From NCBI GenBank assembly GCA_040220235.1, contig JAVJTO010000081.1: 64,000 bases of DNA. One strand, written 5' to 3'. The notes under the pieces are model-generated. The model was not told where the DNA came from and did not search any database. It saw nothing but the letters and a program-made list of their open reading frames with translations. The stretch is from Coleofasciculus sp. B1-GNL1-01 (GTDB lineage: Bacteria; Cyanobacteriota; Cyanobacteriia; Cyanobacteriales; Coleofasciculaceae). Below, piece after piece: positions 33,174 to 42,916 of this stretch. A program made the position numbers and the translations under genes. The stretch's first letter is position 1; each line of letters opens with the position of its first letter.

Positions 33174-33506
33174 ATGAAAAAAATCCACACCTTATCGGCG
33201 GTAATGAGTACCTTAATCTTGGTACTTATGAGCGCACCTAGAGGAAATTCGCAAACGCCTGATGTAACACCCCAAGAACCGACGAATACCTATCCTCCTG
33301 AGATGGTTCAAGTTTATATCGAGAACTGTGTTGGCGATCGCCCAGAGGAAATCAGGGCATTTTGTACCTGTACGATTGAGAAGATTCAAGAGACTTACAC
33401 CCTAGATGAATTCATGCAAATTGGTCAAGACTTGCAAGCCGGTCAGCCCGAACCGGAGGAGTTTAGGCAAATCATCACCTCTTGTGTACCCAATCAAGTT
33501 AATTAA
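33174..33506 (+). CDS. Secreted hypothetical protein (4 Cys)
   Basis: Signal peptide; YP...YIENC...FCTC...C. Confidence 0.65.
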   Translation: MKKIHTLSAVMSTLILVLMSAPRGNSQTPDVTPQEPTNTYPPEMVQVYIENCVGDRPEEIRAFCTCTIEKIQETYTLDEFMQIGQDLQAGQPEPEEFRQIITSCVPNQVN

Positions 33507-33558
33507 GTAGTCGGACAAAAGAAAACGGTACTGTGTTAAGTTTTGCAAATTTCCCTTC

Positions 33559-34344
33559 ATGCTACATCGCTCATCCAAAGAGGGACTTATCTGCATCACA
33601 CAACCGAACCACGCCTGGGTTTCCGGTGAATTAGCCCGGGCTTGGGGAAATGAACAGTTCGGTCAGTTTGTCCCACCCAAAGAACTCTGTCTCGCCGCCG
33701 AACAACATGATATCGGCTGGCTGTTGTGGGAACAAGCGCCCACTCTCAACCCCGAAACTGGCTATCCCTATAGGTTTACTGAACTCCCAACCCAAGTCCA
33801 TATCGATATCTGGACGGGTGCGAAACAGCTAGCAATGCCTTGGGGGAGGTATGTGACGTTATTCGTTTCACTCCACGGTACTGGGCTATATGAGCGATAT
33901 CAAAGTTGGCAGAAAAACCCGGAGTCTAGCCGAATTGTACAGGATTTTCTGAACAGTGAGTATGCCTTTCAAGAACAGCTTATTGCTACGTTGAAAAACG
34001 ACCCCCATTATGTCCCTTATGTGACACCAGAAATTATCAAACGCAACCAAAAACTGGTAGCGACTTGGGATGCTATTTCACTAATTTTGTGTCAGAATGT
34101 GTCAGGTGAACAGCAGGTTGAGCAGGTTCCTACGGCTGAGGGTGAAACTGTTCTAACGTTGACTCATGTTAATGATGATCCTCATCAAATCATTCTATCT
34201 CCTTGGCCCCTTCAGGAGAATGAGGTAACGCTGGTTTATGAAGGACGGCTATTACGAGAAACGTTTACAGATGAGATGGCGATGCGAGAGGCGCTGAGGC
34301 GCGATGGCGGGTTAACTCTAACCACTATTCTGACACCAGAGTAG
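33559..34344 (+). CDS. DUF3891-like protein
   Basis: ITQPNHAWVSGELARAWGN, HDIGW and VSLH motifs. Confidence 0.75.
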   Translation: MLHRSSKEGLICITQPNHAWVSGELARAWGNEQFGQFVPPKELCLAAEQHDIGWLLWEQAPTLNPETGYPYRFTELPTQVHIDIWTGAKQLAMPWGRYVTLFVSLHGTGLYERYQSWQKNPESSRIVQDFLNSEYAFQEQLIATLKNDPHYVPYVTPEIIKRNQKLVATWDAISLILCQNVSGEQQVEQVPTAEGETVLTLTHVNDDPHQIILSPWPLQENEVTLVYEGRLLRETFTDEMAMREALRRDGGLTLTTILTPE

Positions 34345-34508
34345 GTTTCAGGTACTTTTCCAGAGTTGACCTTAACAGTTGAGTAGATTATATTTGGGCT
34401 GGGGTAATACCAAATTCGCTTTCATAGCCCCCCTTTAAACTTTACGTGTAGGATAAGTGGCAACGCACGATAGCGGTATATTACATTGAGTCTTAACCTG
34501 CTGTATCC

Positions 34509-35677
34509 TTACTTACTACAACTGTCAGCGCACTTACCAACTTGCGCCCAAACTTCCTTACGAGGAAAATTGGAATCCACTCTTACTAAAGGTTCTATAG
34601 CAATCCTATTTAGGTCGTGGCAATTTTCAAAAATGAAACCCTTGCTATACCTGGGTTTCGAGCATTTTGCTTGTTGCATCCTATTTAGGATTGCTATAAT
34701 TTAATAATAACGAGCTTCTCTCCAGGTTTAAGTAAACCCACACTCTCTGGTAAATATGGCTTGGGTCTATATTTCCTTAAGTTCACAGGGTTTTTTACGG
34801 TTACGGCGTCTCCTATTGATGGAACACTAAGAGCATCAACACTAGGAGCAAATCGAGGATTTGAAGATTGAATCAGTTGCTCTTTAACAGATAAACTATT
34901 TGAGGCATTATCAACAACACCTATTCTAATCCAGCCAATTGGAGTTATGTTTTTTATTGAATTATAAGTTGCAGTAGGTACCAATAAAGGTATCCCTGAT
35001 ATATGGGTTAGGTGATTGATTGCGGTTACACTCACGAGAGCAATCATAGCAGGTACGATAATAGTCTTTAGGTTTGCCTTCTTGTGCCAACGAGACTTCA
35101 CTTTTTTAGAGAAGACAAAAGCATCGACAGTTGGTATAGATGCCAGATTTCTTGCAACAGAAGTTGCACCTGCTCTAAGCCATGGATAAGATTTTAGAGA
35201 AAAGGGCGAAGTGCTTTGTTCTTCAATTAAGCGCCTAATACCTTTAGCGATATTTTCAAAGGCATTATCATAAGGTTTCCAATCGGTTACAGGTTTTTCC
35301 CCTTCAGGCAAGGCTTTGAGATTAAGATTGTCGAACGCACTCTTCCAATTATCGACTCGGCGAAGGAGAATAGGAATGAGAATAGCTTCTTTATCCTTAT
35401 GCCTTTCTTTAGCAGTTTTCAGAACGATGTCCCAGTTATAGTCTAAAGCAAAAAAGTCTGAACTAATTAGTAACAGAATTATATCAGCTGTTCTCAATTG
35501 TGTATATGTCTCATTTTCCCATTCTTTTCCCGCACCAATCTTTTCTGGATGCCAGGTATTGATCAAGCCTTTCCGCTGCAAAATATTGAGCTGCTTGTCT
35601 AATTTTTTTAGCATGTATTCGTCATTTTTAGAATCAGAGCAACAATATAATACTTTGATAGGTTTAGCAGGCGACAT
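34509..35677 (-). pseudogene. TIR + TM + SH3-like protein, interrupted near its C-terminus by a MITE (current stop 34694, original stop 34509)
   Basis: TIR-like KVLYCCS...W....IGAGKEW...ADIILLLISSDF...IPILLR...LP. Removing the MITE restores 28 more codons (EPLVRVDSNFPRKEVWAQVGKCADSCSK). Confidence 0.75.
34596..34698. mobile_element. 99-bp MITE with TA target-site duplication
   Basis: TA|TAGCAATCCTA...TAGGATTGCTA|TA perfect terminal IR. Confidence 0.85.
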
Positions 35678-35758
35678 CAATTTCAGTACCTCTAAATTCG
35701 ATATTAAATAGAGTTTACTTTGAACATCTATAGATCTTATTAGAAGACAGCTATGTGT

Positions 35759-37231
35759 TTACACGCTGGCAACCAGTTCCTCAACTACCGCACGGATACC
35801 TCGAGCAACATTGCAAAATGCTTCGTCACGATTTCCCCACTTGCTTACAGGTTTACCATCTTTAGGCAGTGGTTTAAGCTTGCCAAACGGTGCATTTTCC
35901 CAATTATCAGTGGGGTGGAGAATTATAGGAATAACCCGGGCTGTCTTCGCTTCATGTTTCTCCATTGCCCGCCTTACCTCAACACCCCAGCAATAATTTG
36001 AAGCCAGAAAATTTGTACTAATTAACAGTAAAATTACACTAGCTGTATCTAGGTGGGGGTTGATTTCATTTTGCCATTCTTTTCCTGCTCCAATTTTACG
36101 TTTGTGCCAAGTTGTAACCACGCCCTGCCGTTTCAAAATAATGAGGTGTTTTTCTAGCTCATCGCGTAGCTTTTCGTCTTGGCTAGCAAATGAGAAGAAG
36201 ACTTCAATTGGTTTAACAGACGTAACTTGGTTGTCTACTACATGCAAACTATTAGATGAATGAGAGCTTATAACTTTCTTGCTGGCGTCTATATTTTTGG
36301 GGAGGGAATTTAATTCCTCTGTAATACATGCTAATGGTTTAGTTACTACAGTTTCTTCTTCTAATTCTGTAAGATTTTTACCTTTTTTAGAATTAAAGTC
36401 AATCTTAGGTAGCTGTAAAGGTACTCTTAAACACTCACAAATAAACTTTTTGACTCCAAGATAGATTTGATTTTCCTGGGAATTAGGCTTAAAGATGCAA
36501 ATATGGTTATCTGCGATGGCGACAGGCTTCACCCCTTCAATACCTGGATTAGCGCTATCCGGGTCTACAACCAAGATTCCCTGTATCGGCTTCGTCTCAT
36601 AATAAACCTTTGTTTGAATTTTCAGATGACGAACATTTTCCCGATACCATTCATTTAGTTCACGCAACTGAGGAGCGTGTGCTTTTAGTTCTTCAACGCT
36701 CACTGTGCTTCGCGCAAGAATGCCAATATTATCGATTAGTTGAGCTAGATGAGAACCGGTGTGTGGAGTGGCTAGAAACACAATACCCTTAGTCTTTTCT
36801 ATAAGGGATTGTTTTCTGAAAGTCTGAGCGGTTCTCAGCATTGCTTTTACCACTAATCCACCCAAGCTGTGAGTAACGAATATCAGCGGACGCTGACCAA
36901 TATCACGATTTTCTAACCAATCTAGTAAGTTGCTAGCTTGGTCAAAAAGTGGCATTGTTGAACCTTTCCATTCAAAAGCTTCAGCCGCATACCCAAAAGA
37001 CCATATCCCAATATCTAACAAATCTGTTCCCAGCCAAGTCAGCCAAAAGTTATCATCATATAGCTCTTGCGGATGCCAAGTACTCCGAGCATTCCCACCT
37101 AAACCATGAATAAAGATGACATCGCCACTCCGACTAGCATTTTCGCAACCTGATATTTTAATCAAACCCCTCTTTGTTTGCAAATTTTTATCGTATGAAT
37201 TAGGCTTTTTACGACGCTTGAAAAAAAACAT
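35759..37231 (-). CDS. Alpha/beta hydrolase (PGAP1/DUF676-like) fused to C-terminal TIR domain
   Basis: DVIFIHGLGG, THSLGG, FLATPHTGS and NHICIFKP; then VFFSFASQD...ASNYCWGVE...IPIIL...PLP (TIR). Confidence 0.85.
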   Translation of the reverse strand: MFFFKRRKKPNSYDKNLQTKRGLIKISGCENASRSGDVIFIHGLGGNARSTWHPQELYDDNFWLTWLGTDLLDIGIWSFGYAAEAFEWKGSTMPLFDQASNLLDWLENRDIGQRPLIFVTHSLGGLVVKAMLRTAQTFRKQSLIEKTKGIVFLATPHTGSHLAQLIDNIGILARSTVSVEELKAHAPQLRELNEWYRENVRHLKIQTKVYYETKPIQGILVVDPDSANPGIEGVKPVAIADNHICIFKPNSQENQIYLGVKKFICECLRVPLQLPKIDFNSKKGKNLTELEEETVVTKPLACITEELNSLPKNIDASKKVISSHSSNSLHVVDNQVTSVKPIEVFFSFASQDEKLRDELEKHLIILKRQGVVTTWHKRKIGAGKEWQNEINPHLDTASVILLLISTNFLASNYCWGVEVRRAMEKHEAKTARVIPIILHPTDNWENAPFGKLKPLPKDGKPVSKWGNRDEAFCNVARGIRAVVEELVASV

Positions 37232-37412
37232 ATTAGGCTTTCCTTTGAAAATAGCGTAATTTTAATGCAACTATTCAATTAGTAATACTGGCTACTATGT
37301 TAGCTGTATTAACGATGATTGAGATTATTGGATGTGCCAGTTGAAAGAGTAGAACGCATTGTTAAAATACAATCAATGTGGGGTTAGTGAGAAGAATCTA
37401 GCGATCGCCCTG

Positions 37413-37799
37413 CTAACCTGATCCTCCCTGACTCAACACAGACACAATGTACTGATTGAGGCTCACATTTTCCCTGTCCGCTTTCTCAGCCAAACGACGA
37501 TGCAACGATTTCGGCATCCGCAGGAGTAGCTTACCACTGTAAGTATCATCCGTACTGGGTAAAGGAATCTCATCTCCAGCTTCATAAGCTGTCTCAATCC
37601 ACAACTCTCGCGCCTCATTTATGTTTGCGATCGTCTCATCCAACGTTTCACCTTGAGTCAGACATCCAGGCAAATCTTTAATCTGAGCTACATATCCCCC
37701 CTCTGGATCGGGGTAAAGTGTTACTGGATACTGAAGATTCAAATAATAGTCCAATGGCTGCTTCTCACTCAGCTTGTTCTTCTGGTTCAGTGTCTTCAT
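37413..37799 (-). CDS. hicB: HicB family antitoxin
   Basis: GGYVAQIKDLPGCLTQGET and C-terminal RHH (LLRMPKSLH...SLNQY). Confidence 0.9.
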   Translation of the reverse strand: MKTLNQKNKLSEKQPLDYYLNLQYPVTLYPDPEGGYVAQIKDLPGCLTQGETLDETIANINEARELWIETAYEAGDEIPLPSTDDTYSGKLLLRMPKSLHRRLAEKADRENVSLNQYIVSVLSQGGSG

Positions 37800-38040
37800 C
37801 GCTCCATTCCTCCAAGTTCAATAACTCAACGATTTGCTTGACATAAACCCCTTTAACTTTCTGTCCGCCTTTTTTGGGTACAGTAATTTTTCTACCTTGT
37901 GAATCTCGAAAACTATGGTGGCTACCCTTCGACCTTTTCTCTTCAAAGCCGAAAGCTTCCAGAAGGTAGCGCACGTCCTCAAACCGCACTTCTGGCGGTT
38001 TATTCAGGAATTGCTCTACTAATTTCTCTAATTTGCCCAT
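37765..38040 (-). CDS. hicA: HicA family toxin
   Basis: FGF....KGSH.SF......ITVP; overlaps hicB. Confidence 0.88.
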   Translation of the reverse strand: MGKLEKLVEQFLNKPPEVRFEDVRYLLEAFGFEEKRSKGSHHSFRDSQGRKITVPKKGGQKVKGVYVKQIVELLNLEEWSDEDTEPEEQAE

Positions 38041-38125
38041 CCAGCAACATGATCACAGGTAGTATCATAGCAAGGATTTAAACGCGCTGTTCTGCTCTAA
38101 GTCCACTCTTCCACAGCCGAAGCAG

Positions 38126-38256
38126 TAAGTAGGTGGACACAATTAAAGTGAACGGTTGAGATTAGGGAACAGGGAACAGGGAACAGGGAACAGTAAGGGT
38201 TTGAGGGCAATTTGCAAAACTTAACACAGTACCGTTTTCTTTTGTCCGACTACTTA
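38126..38256. mobile_element. 131-bp MITE (TAAGTAGGTGGACA...TGTCCGACTACTTA) containing AGGGAAC heptamers
   Basis: Imperfect terminal IR; single ends also at about 16753, 33504 and 42618/42632. Confidence 0.75.
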
Positions 38257-38420
38257 GGAGATGCGATCGCCTTGGCGATGGTGGCGTGAGCGCATATATT
38301 TCTGTTGAGTATGGCTTTGAGAGGGGATTGCGATCGCGCGATTTTACTTTGCCAGGACTATAGATCTGCCCCCCGGAAGAACTGCCGGATCTAGAATAGA
38401 AAGAGTTTCTGAGGTTCTCT

Positions 38421-39041
38421 GTGAAGCTAAAGCACTTACTGTTACCCCTAGGAATTCTAGCCGTCGTTGCGATCGCCTTCTTCGCCTACGATGCGGCTAC
38501 GGCTCCCTTGCCAGAAGGATTCCCGCCTCCAACAGCAGAGGGGAAAATTGAAGTCAAACACTATCCAGCCTACCGCTCTGCCACAGTTCGCTACTCAGGA
38601 GAACTCTCAATGGCAGCCAATAGAGCATTTGATCCTCTCTATCGCCATATCAGTTCTAACAATATCTCGATGACGGCTCCAGTCGAAACCCGTTATCCAG
38701 TTAGCACCCTGGAAGCCAATCAAATGGGTCCACCTGATGAACAAGGGGAAGCGCTGGTTTCATTCCTCTACCGCAACACGGATATCTACCCCGACGAAAT
38801 TAGCCAAAACATTCAAGTAGAAGATATTCCACCCATGACAGTCGTCAGTCTGGGGTTAAAAGGCAGTTACGATTACTCCAGCTATCAACAAAATATCCAA
38901 CGGTTACGAGAGTGGTTAGCACAGCATCCAGAATGGACTGTTGTTGGCTCCCCTCGCCGTTTCTTCTACGATGCTCCTTATGTCCCCGAACCTGCCAAGC
39001 GCAGTGAAATCCAAATTCCGATTCGCCGGGTAGAAGGTTGA
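38421..39041 (+). CDS. SOUL heme-binding family protein
   Basis: IEVKHYP, AF..LYRHI, ISMTAPV and Y..PY.P...KRSE motifs. Confidence 0.85.
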   Translation: MKLKHLLLPLGILAVVAIAFFAYDAATAPLPEGFPPPTAEGKIEVKHYPAYRSATVRYSGELSMAANRAFDPLYRHISSNNISMTAPVETRYPVSTLEANQMGPPDEQGEALVSFLYRNTDIYPDEISQNIQVEDIPPMTVVSLGLKGSYDYSSYQQNIQRLREWLAQHPEWTVVGSPRRFFYDAPYVPEPAKRSEIQIPIRRVEG

Positions 39042-39253
39042 TGAAGGGGTTGGTGTTAAGCGCGATCGCGTTTCATCCTGTGCTGTTCGCCACAGATTCA
39101 TCAAGTCAGATAAACGCTGTCCTTACCTGAGAGCCTCTTGTTCACCAACTAGAGTTAGTTATACTTTAGATGAGCGATCGCTCTGGGTTTCCTGGTTGTA
39201 AATATGAATGGTAGCATGAACAGTTACTTGGAACACTTTACCCTATAGCCATC

Positions 39254-39547
39254 GTGTTTGAGATTGAGTTAACAGACCAAGCTATTGAGGATTTGCAGTG
39301 GTTTAAGAAACACCAACAGAATGTAATTATTGATGGCATTGAGGCAAACCTTGGTTATGAGCCAGCTACCGAGACGCGCAACCGGAAGCGCCTGCGTCCA
39401 AACGATACAGCGGAATGGGAATTGAGGCTGGGTGTGTACCGCGTTCTGTATAACGTTGAGGAAAAAGTTAGAATCGTCAGTATCGAGCGCATAGCTGCCA
39501 AGCAGAGGAACAAGTATATATTTCAAGGAGAGGAGGGAGAACTATGA
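39254..39547 (+). CDS. RelE/ParE family toxin
   Basis: FEIELTDQAIEDL...WELRLGVYRVLYNV. Confidence 0.8.
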   Translation: MFEIELTDQAIEDLQWFKKHQQNVIIDGIEANLGYEPATETRNRKRLRPNDTAEWELRLGVYRVLYNVEEKVRIVSIERIAAKQRNKYIFQGEEGEL

Positions 39548-39840
39548 TGCACTGGGATTATCGGGTGTTCTTTGAGGATGATGGCTACACAATCCGCACT
39601 GTGTATTATGATGATCGCGGCGCGATTGCTGCCTGTTCAGAAAAGCCGATTGAGCCTTTCGGAGAGTCACTAGAAGACCTTCAAGATGAATTAAATCTTC
39701 TACAGGCGGCTTTAAAAAAGAAAGTTCTTTCGGCTTCTGATGTGCCAGATCAAAGCCTTCGTCCGAAGGTAAAGAGAGGAAAATCATTAAAGGCAGTGCG
39801 TGAGCAATTTGGCTTACAGGCAGAAGTAGCTCAGGAGTGA
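39544..39840 (+). CDS. Hypothetical protein, putative antitoxin
   Basis: ATGA overlap with the toxin and strong GGAGG RBS; WDYRV...YYDD...P...GESLEDL. Confidence 0.6.
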   Translation: MMHWDYRVFFEDDGYTIRTVYYDDRGAIAACSEKPIEPFGESLEDLQDELNLLQAALKKKVLSASDVPDQSLRPKVKRGKSLKAVREQFGLQAEVAQE

Positions 39841-39891
39841 TAGGCGATCGTTCACGGACAACGATGGAATCGATCCGACGATTTTACCTCT

Positions 39892-40020
39892 GAGGAGATT
39901 TTCAGCGAACCGATTGGTGAGTTGGTGATGCGGGAGTTACCGATGAAATTGCTTATTGTAGATGTAGAAGTGGTAGAGGTGAAGCGATGGATACCACCAC
40001 GAGAGAGCAGGACATTGTAA
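39892..40020 (+). pseudogene. xisH: XisH C-terminal remnant
   Basis: [35 protein letters not shown] overlapping the xisI start; no N-terminus. Confidence 0.7.
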
Positions 40021-40310
40021 AACAGGTGATTCAACGATACGCTAAGTTCAAACCTTCTCATGGCGATATTCGACTCGACACGGTGTTTGACGACGCGCAA
40101 AATCGCTATGCATTGATGCAGGTAGGTTGGGATAGAGGACAACGGGTGAGGGGAAATTTGATTTATGTGACTTTGAGTGAAGGCAAGGTTTGGGTGGAAT
40201 ATGACGGGATGGAACAGGGAATCAGCAAAGACTTAATCGCCGCAGGTATTCCTCCAGAGCGAATTGTTCTAGCATTTCTCCCGGAAGAGCAAACTGCTGC
40301 AACGGCTTGA
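39987..40310 (+). CDS. xisI: XisI family protein
   Basis: [36 protein letters not shown]. Confidence 0.9.
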   Translation: MDTTTREQDIVKQVIQRYAKFKPSHGDIRLDTVFDDAQNRYALMQVGWDRGQRVRGNLIYVTLSEGKVWVEYDGMEQGISKDLIAAGIPPERIVLAFLPEEQTAATA

Positions 40311-40330
40311 ATTTAAACAAGGAAAACATC

Positions 40331-41104
40331 ATGAACGAGGAAAAGAAATCGATTCACGACTTTGATTTTAAATTAATCTGCGAATATTTTTCAAGCCTAG
40401 AACGACAAGGACCTGGGAGTCCTGAAGTAACGATTAAAGCGTTGAGCTTTATTGATAATCTGACCAATGAATCACAAATTGCTGATATTGGTTGTGGCAC
40501 CGGTAGTCAGACAATGGCAATGGCTAGTTGTACGTCAGGGTATATTACAGGAATCGACTTATTTCCCGGCTTTATAGATCTATTCAATCTTAACGTACAT
40601 AAACGGAATCTTCAGGATAGAGTCAAGGGTATTGTTGGTTCAATGGAGAATCTTCCTTTTCAGCATGAAGAATTAGACTTAATCTGGTCAGAAGGAGCAA
40701 TCTACAATATCGGGTTTGAACGAGGCATAAACGAATGGCATAAGTTTTTGAAGACAGGAGGCTTTATTGGCGTTTCAGAGGCATCATGGTTTACCGAAGA
40801 GCGACCTGATGAAATCGACAAATTTTGGAACGATGCTTATCCGGAAATAGATACTATTTCAAACAAGGTTGCACAAATGCAAAAAGCCGGATATATTCCA
40901 ATTGCCACTTTTGTCCTGCCCGAAAATTGTTGGACTGAACATTTTTATACGCCGCAAGTTTCTGCACAGAAAAACTTCTTGGAAAAGTATGCAGGCAATA
41001 AAACAGCCGAAGAGTTCATAGAAAACGAAAGACATGAATCCGAATTATATTACAAATACAAAGATTTTTATGGCTATGCTTTCTATATTGGCAAAAAGAT
41101 TTAA
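40331..41104 (+). CDS. Class I SAM-dependent methyltransferase
   Basis: [23 protein letters not shown] and [14 protein letters not shown] motifs. Confidence 0.9.
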   Translation: MNEEKKSIHDFDFKLICEYFSSLERQGPGSPEVTIKALSFIDNLTNESQIADIGCGTGSQTMAMASCTSGYITGIDLFPGFIDLFNLNVHKRNLQDRVKGIVGSMENLPFQHEELDLIWSEGAIYNIGFERGINEWHKFLKTGGFIGVSEASWFTEERPDEIDKFWNDAYPEIDTISNKVAQMQKAGYIPIATFVLPENCWTEHFYTPQVSAQKNFLEKYAGNKTAEEFIENERHESELYYKYKDFYGYAFYIGKKI

Positions 41105-41169
41105 ATTGAACGATTGAATGTTTGATGGTTTTGTCAACCCTTTAATACTCACTTAAAACTGATATTTGT

Positions 41170-41856
41170 TTGATTACGGTTTTGGCTATGCTCGACAATC
41201 TTGCGCGAAAACGCTTGATCAGCATTGAAGATGCTGCTGAAGCGATTGTTCGACAGCGAACAATTATTCCAGATCACCAGGCGCTTCTAGTCGCGATTTC
41301 AGGGATAGATGGTTCAGGGAAAGGCTATCTCACCGACAAAATTGCCACCCTACTTTTGAAACGAAGTCTCAATATCGCAAACATCAATCTTGATGGTTGG
41401 TTAAATCTGCCTGAAAAACGCTTTAGTAAAATTAATCTACCGGAACACTTCTACCAACATGCGATTCGTTTTAAAGAGTTATTTGATCAACTCGTCTTTC
41501 CATTACGCGATCGCCGCTCCATTTATCTTAAGGCAGATTTCACGGAAGAAACAGCTACGAAATATCGAAAACATATCTACAGCTTTGAGGAAGTAGACAT
41601 TATTTTGCTAGAGGGAATCTACTTACTAAAGCATCAATTTCAGTCATATTACAATCTCTCTTTCTGGATTGATTGCAGCTTTGAGACAGCCCTAGAACGG
41701 GCGATTGCTCGTTCACAAGAGGGATTGTCTCCAGAAGAAACAATTCAGGCATATCAGACGATTTACTTCCCGGCTCAGAAAATTCATTTTGAGCTTGACC
41801 GACCGCAACAATCTGCGATCGCAATAATTAACAACGATCCCAGATTAGAAGGGTGA
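41170..41856 (+). CDS. Uridine kinase-like P-loop protein
   Basis: VAISGIDGSGKG and ILLEGIYL motifs; start could be ATG 41188. Confidence 0.8.
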   Translation: MITVLAMLDNLARKRLISIEDAAEAIVRQRTIIPDHQALLVAISGIDGSGKGYLTDKIATLLLKRSLNIANINLDGWLNLPEKRFSKINLPEHFYQHAIRFKELFDQLVFPLRDRRSIYLKADFTEETATKYRKHIYSFEEVDIILLEGIYLLKHQFQSYYNLSFWIDCSFETALERAIARSQEGLSPEETIQAYQTIYFPAQKIHFELDRPQQSAIAIINNDPRLEG

Positions 41857-41940
41857 GTTTTTTTCAGCAGCAGAAATTGAGGAGTATCTACTCTCCTTAC
41901 TAAGATTTATCTATCATCCCTACATACAGCTAGAACCAAT

Positions 41941-42564
41941 CTACGCGATCGCGCCCTCAAAATAAATTCTAAATGGTTCAGCAAGAATGCCTAATATTTG
42001 ATTTAACTGAGTGATAAAATATTCAGTCAAATCAATTTTAACAATCTGATTTTCTAACATAATAAACTTCCAGTTCGTACCCGTTGAAACTGCACCATAT
42101 ACTACTGGCTGTTCCAGCCCCTTACGGATATTAAATATTTGAGCAGCGACCATTTGAGCGACACATTGTCCTAACCCAATGCGGATATCATTATCTTTCG
42201 CTTCAACCAATGTTAAAACAGGAGCAGTAACTAGGGATTGATTTTTTGATGCACTTAAGATAAAGTCACAAGCACCCGTTAACCCTTTTGATTCGTCAAC
42301 ATTAAACGTATTACCCGAAAAATAACCAATTTTATTATGAAACTTACGTCTTACTTCCAATAAAACCGGAGTAATAATTAATTCAGATCGAGCTTTTTCT
42401 GTACTAATACTTGCCGCTAAATCCAAGGTTTCATCCAGCGTTTCCTTAAGGCGTTGTGAAGCTTCAATGGGTGCAATGTGACTAAATAAATGGGAAATAT
42501 CCTCGACTGTTAATTCGAGGGTAGAAACGGCTTGGTCAATGGTTTTGAAATCACTGTATGACAT
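41941..42564 (-). CDS. Cyanobacterial PD-(D/E)XK-like hypothetical protein
   Basis: TEKARSELII.PVL, G.CDFIL, LVEAK and YGAVSTGTNWKF. Confidence 0.7.
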   Translation of the reverse strand: MSYSDFKTIDQAVSTLELTVEDISHLFSHIAPIEASQRLKETLDETLDLAASISTEKARSELIITPVLLEVRRKFHNKIGYFSGNTFNVDESKGLTGACDFILSASKNQSLVTAPVLTLVEAKDNDIRIGLGQCVAQMVAAQIFNIRKGLEQPVVYGAVSTGTNWKFIMLENQIVKIDLTEYFITQLNQILGILAEPFRIYFEGAIA

Positions 42565-42649
42565 ATTTCCAGAGTTAGCAGCACTGACAATGCTACTACA
42601 ATCATTTTGCCACACTCTAAGTAGTCGGTGATAAGTGGGTGGACACAAT

Positions 42650-42847
42650 TACAGCAGTTTGCTCGGCTATGCGGTACATTGTCGATCCCCCTAAATCCCA
42701 TAAGCAAAAAAAGCGAAGCATCCTTTGGCTTCCCCATGGAACAAAAAGCGAAGCATCCTTTGGTCTCCCCCTTTTGAAGGGGGACGGGAGGGGGATCTGA
42801 AGGGGGACTTTGATCTACTGTACTTTATTACAGCGCAAAGAGCTGTA
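42650..42847. mobile_element. MITE (inverted copy of the 22601 element) with nested AAAAAGCGAAGCATCCT repeats
   Basis: TA|CAGC...GCTG|TA ends, sequence shared with 22601-22705, extra internal duplicated unit. Confidence 0.7.
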
Positions 42848-42916
42848 GACCAGCGCGAAGCGCTATAAAAAAAGGATCACACAAAAAACGGACGAAAAAA
42901 ATTTTCGCCAAGCGTG

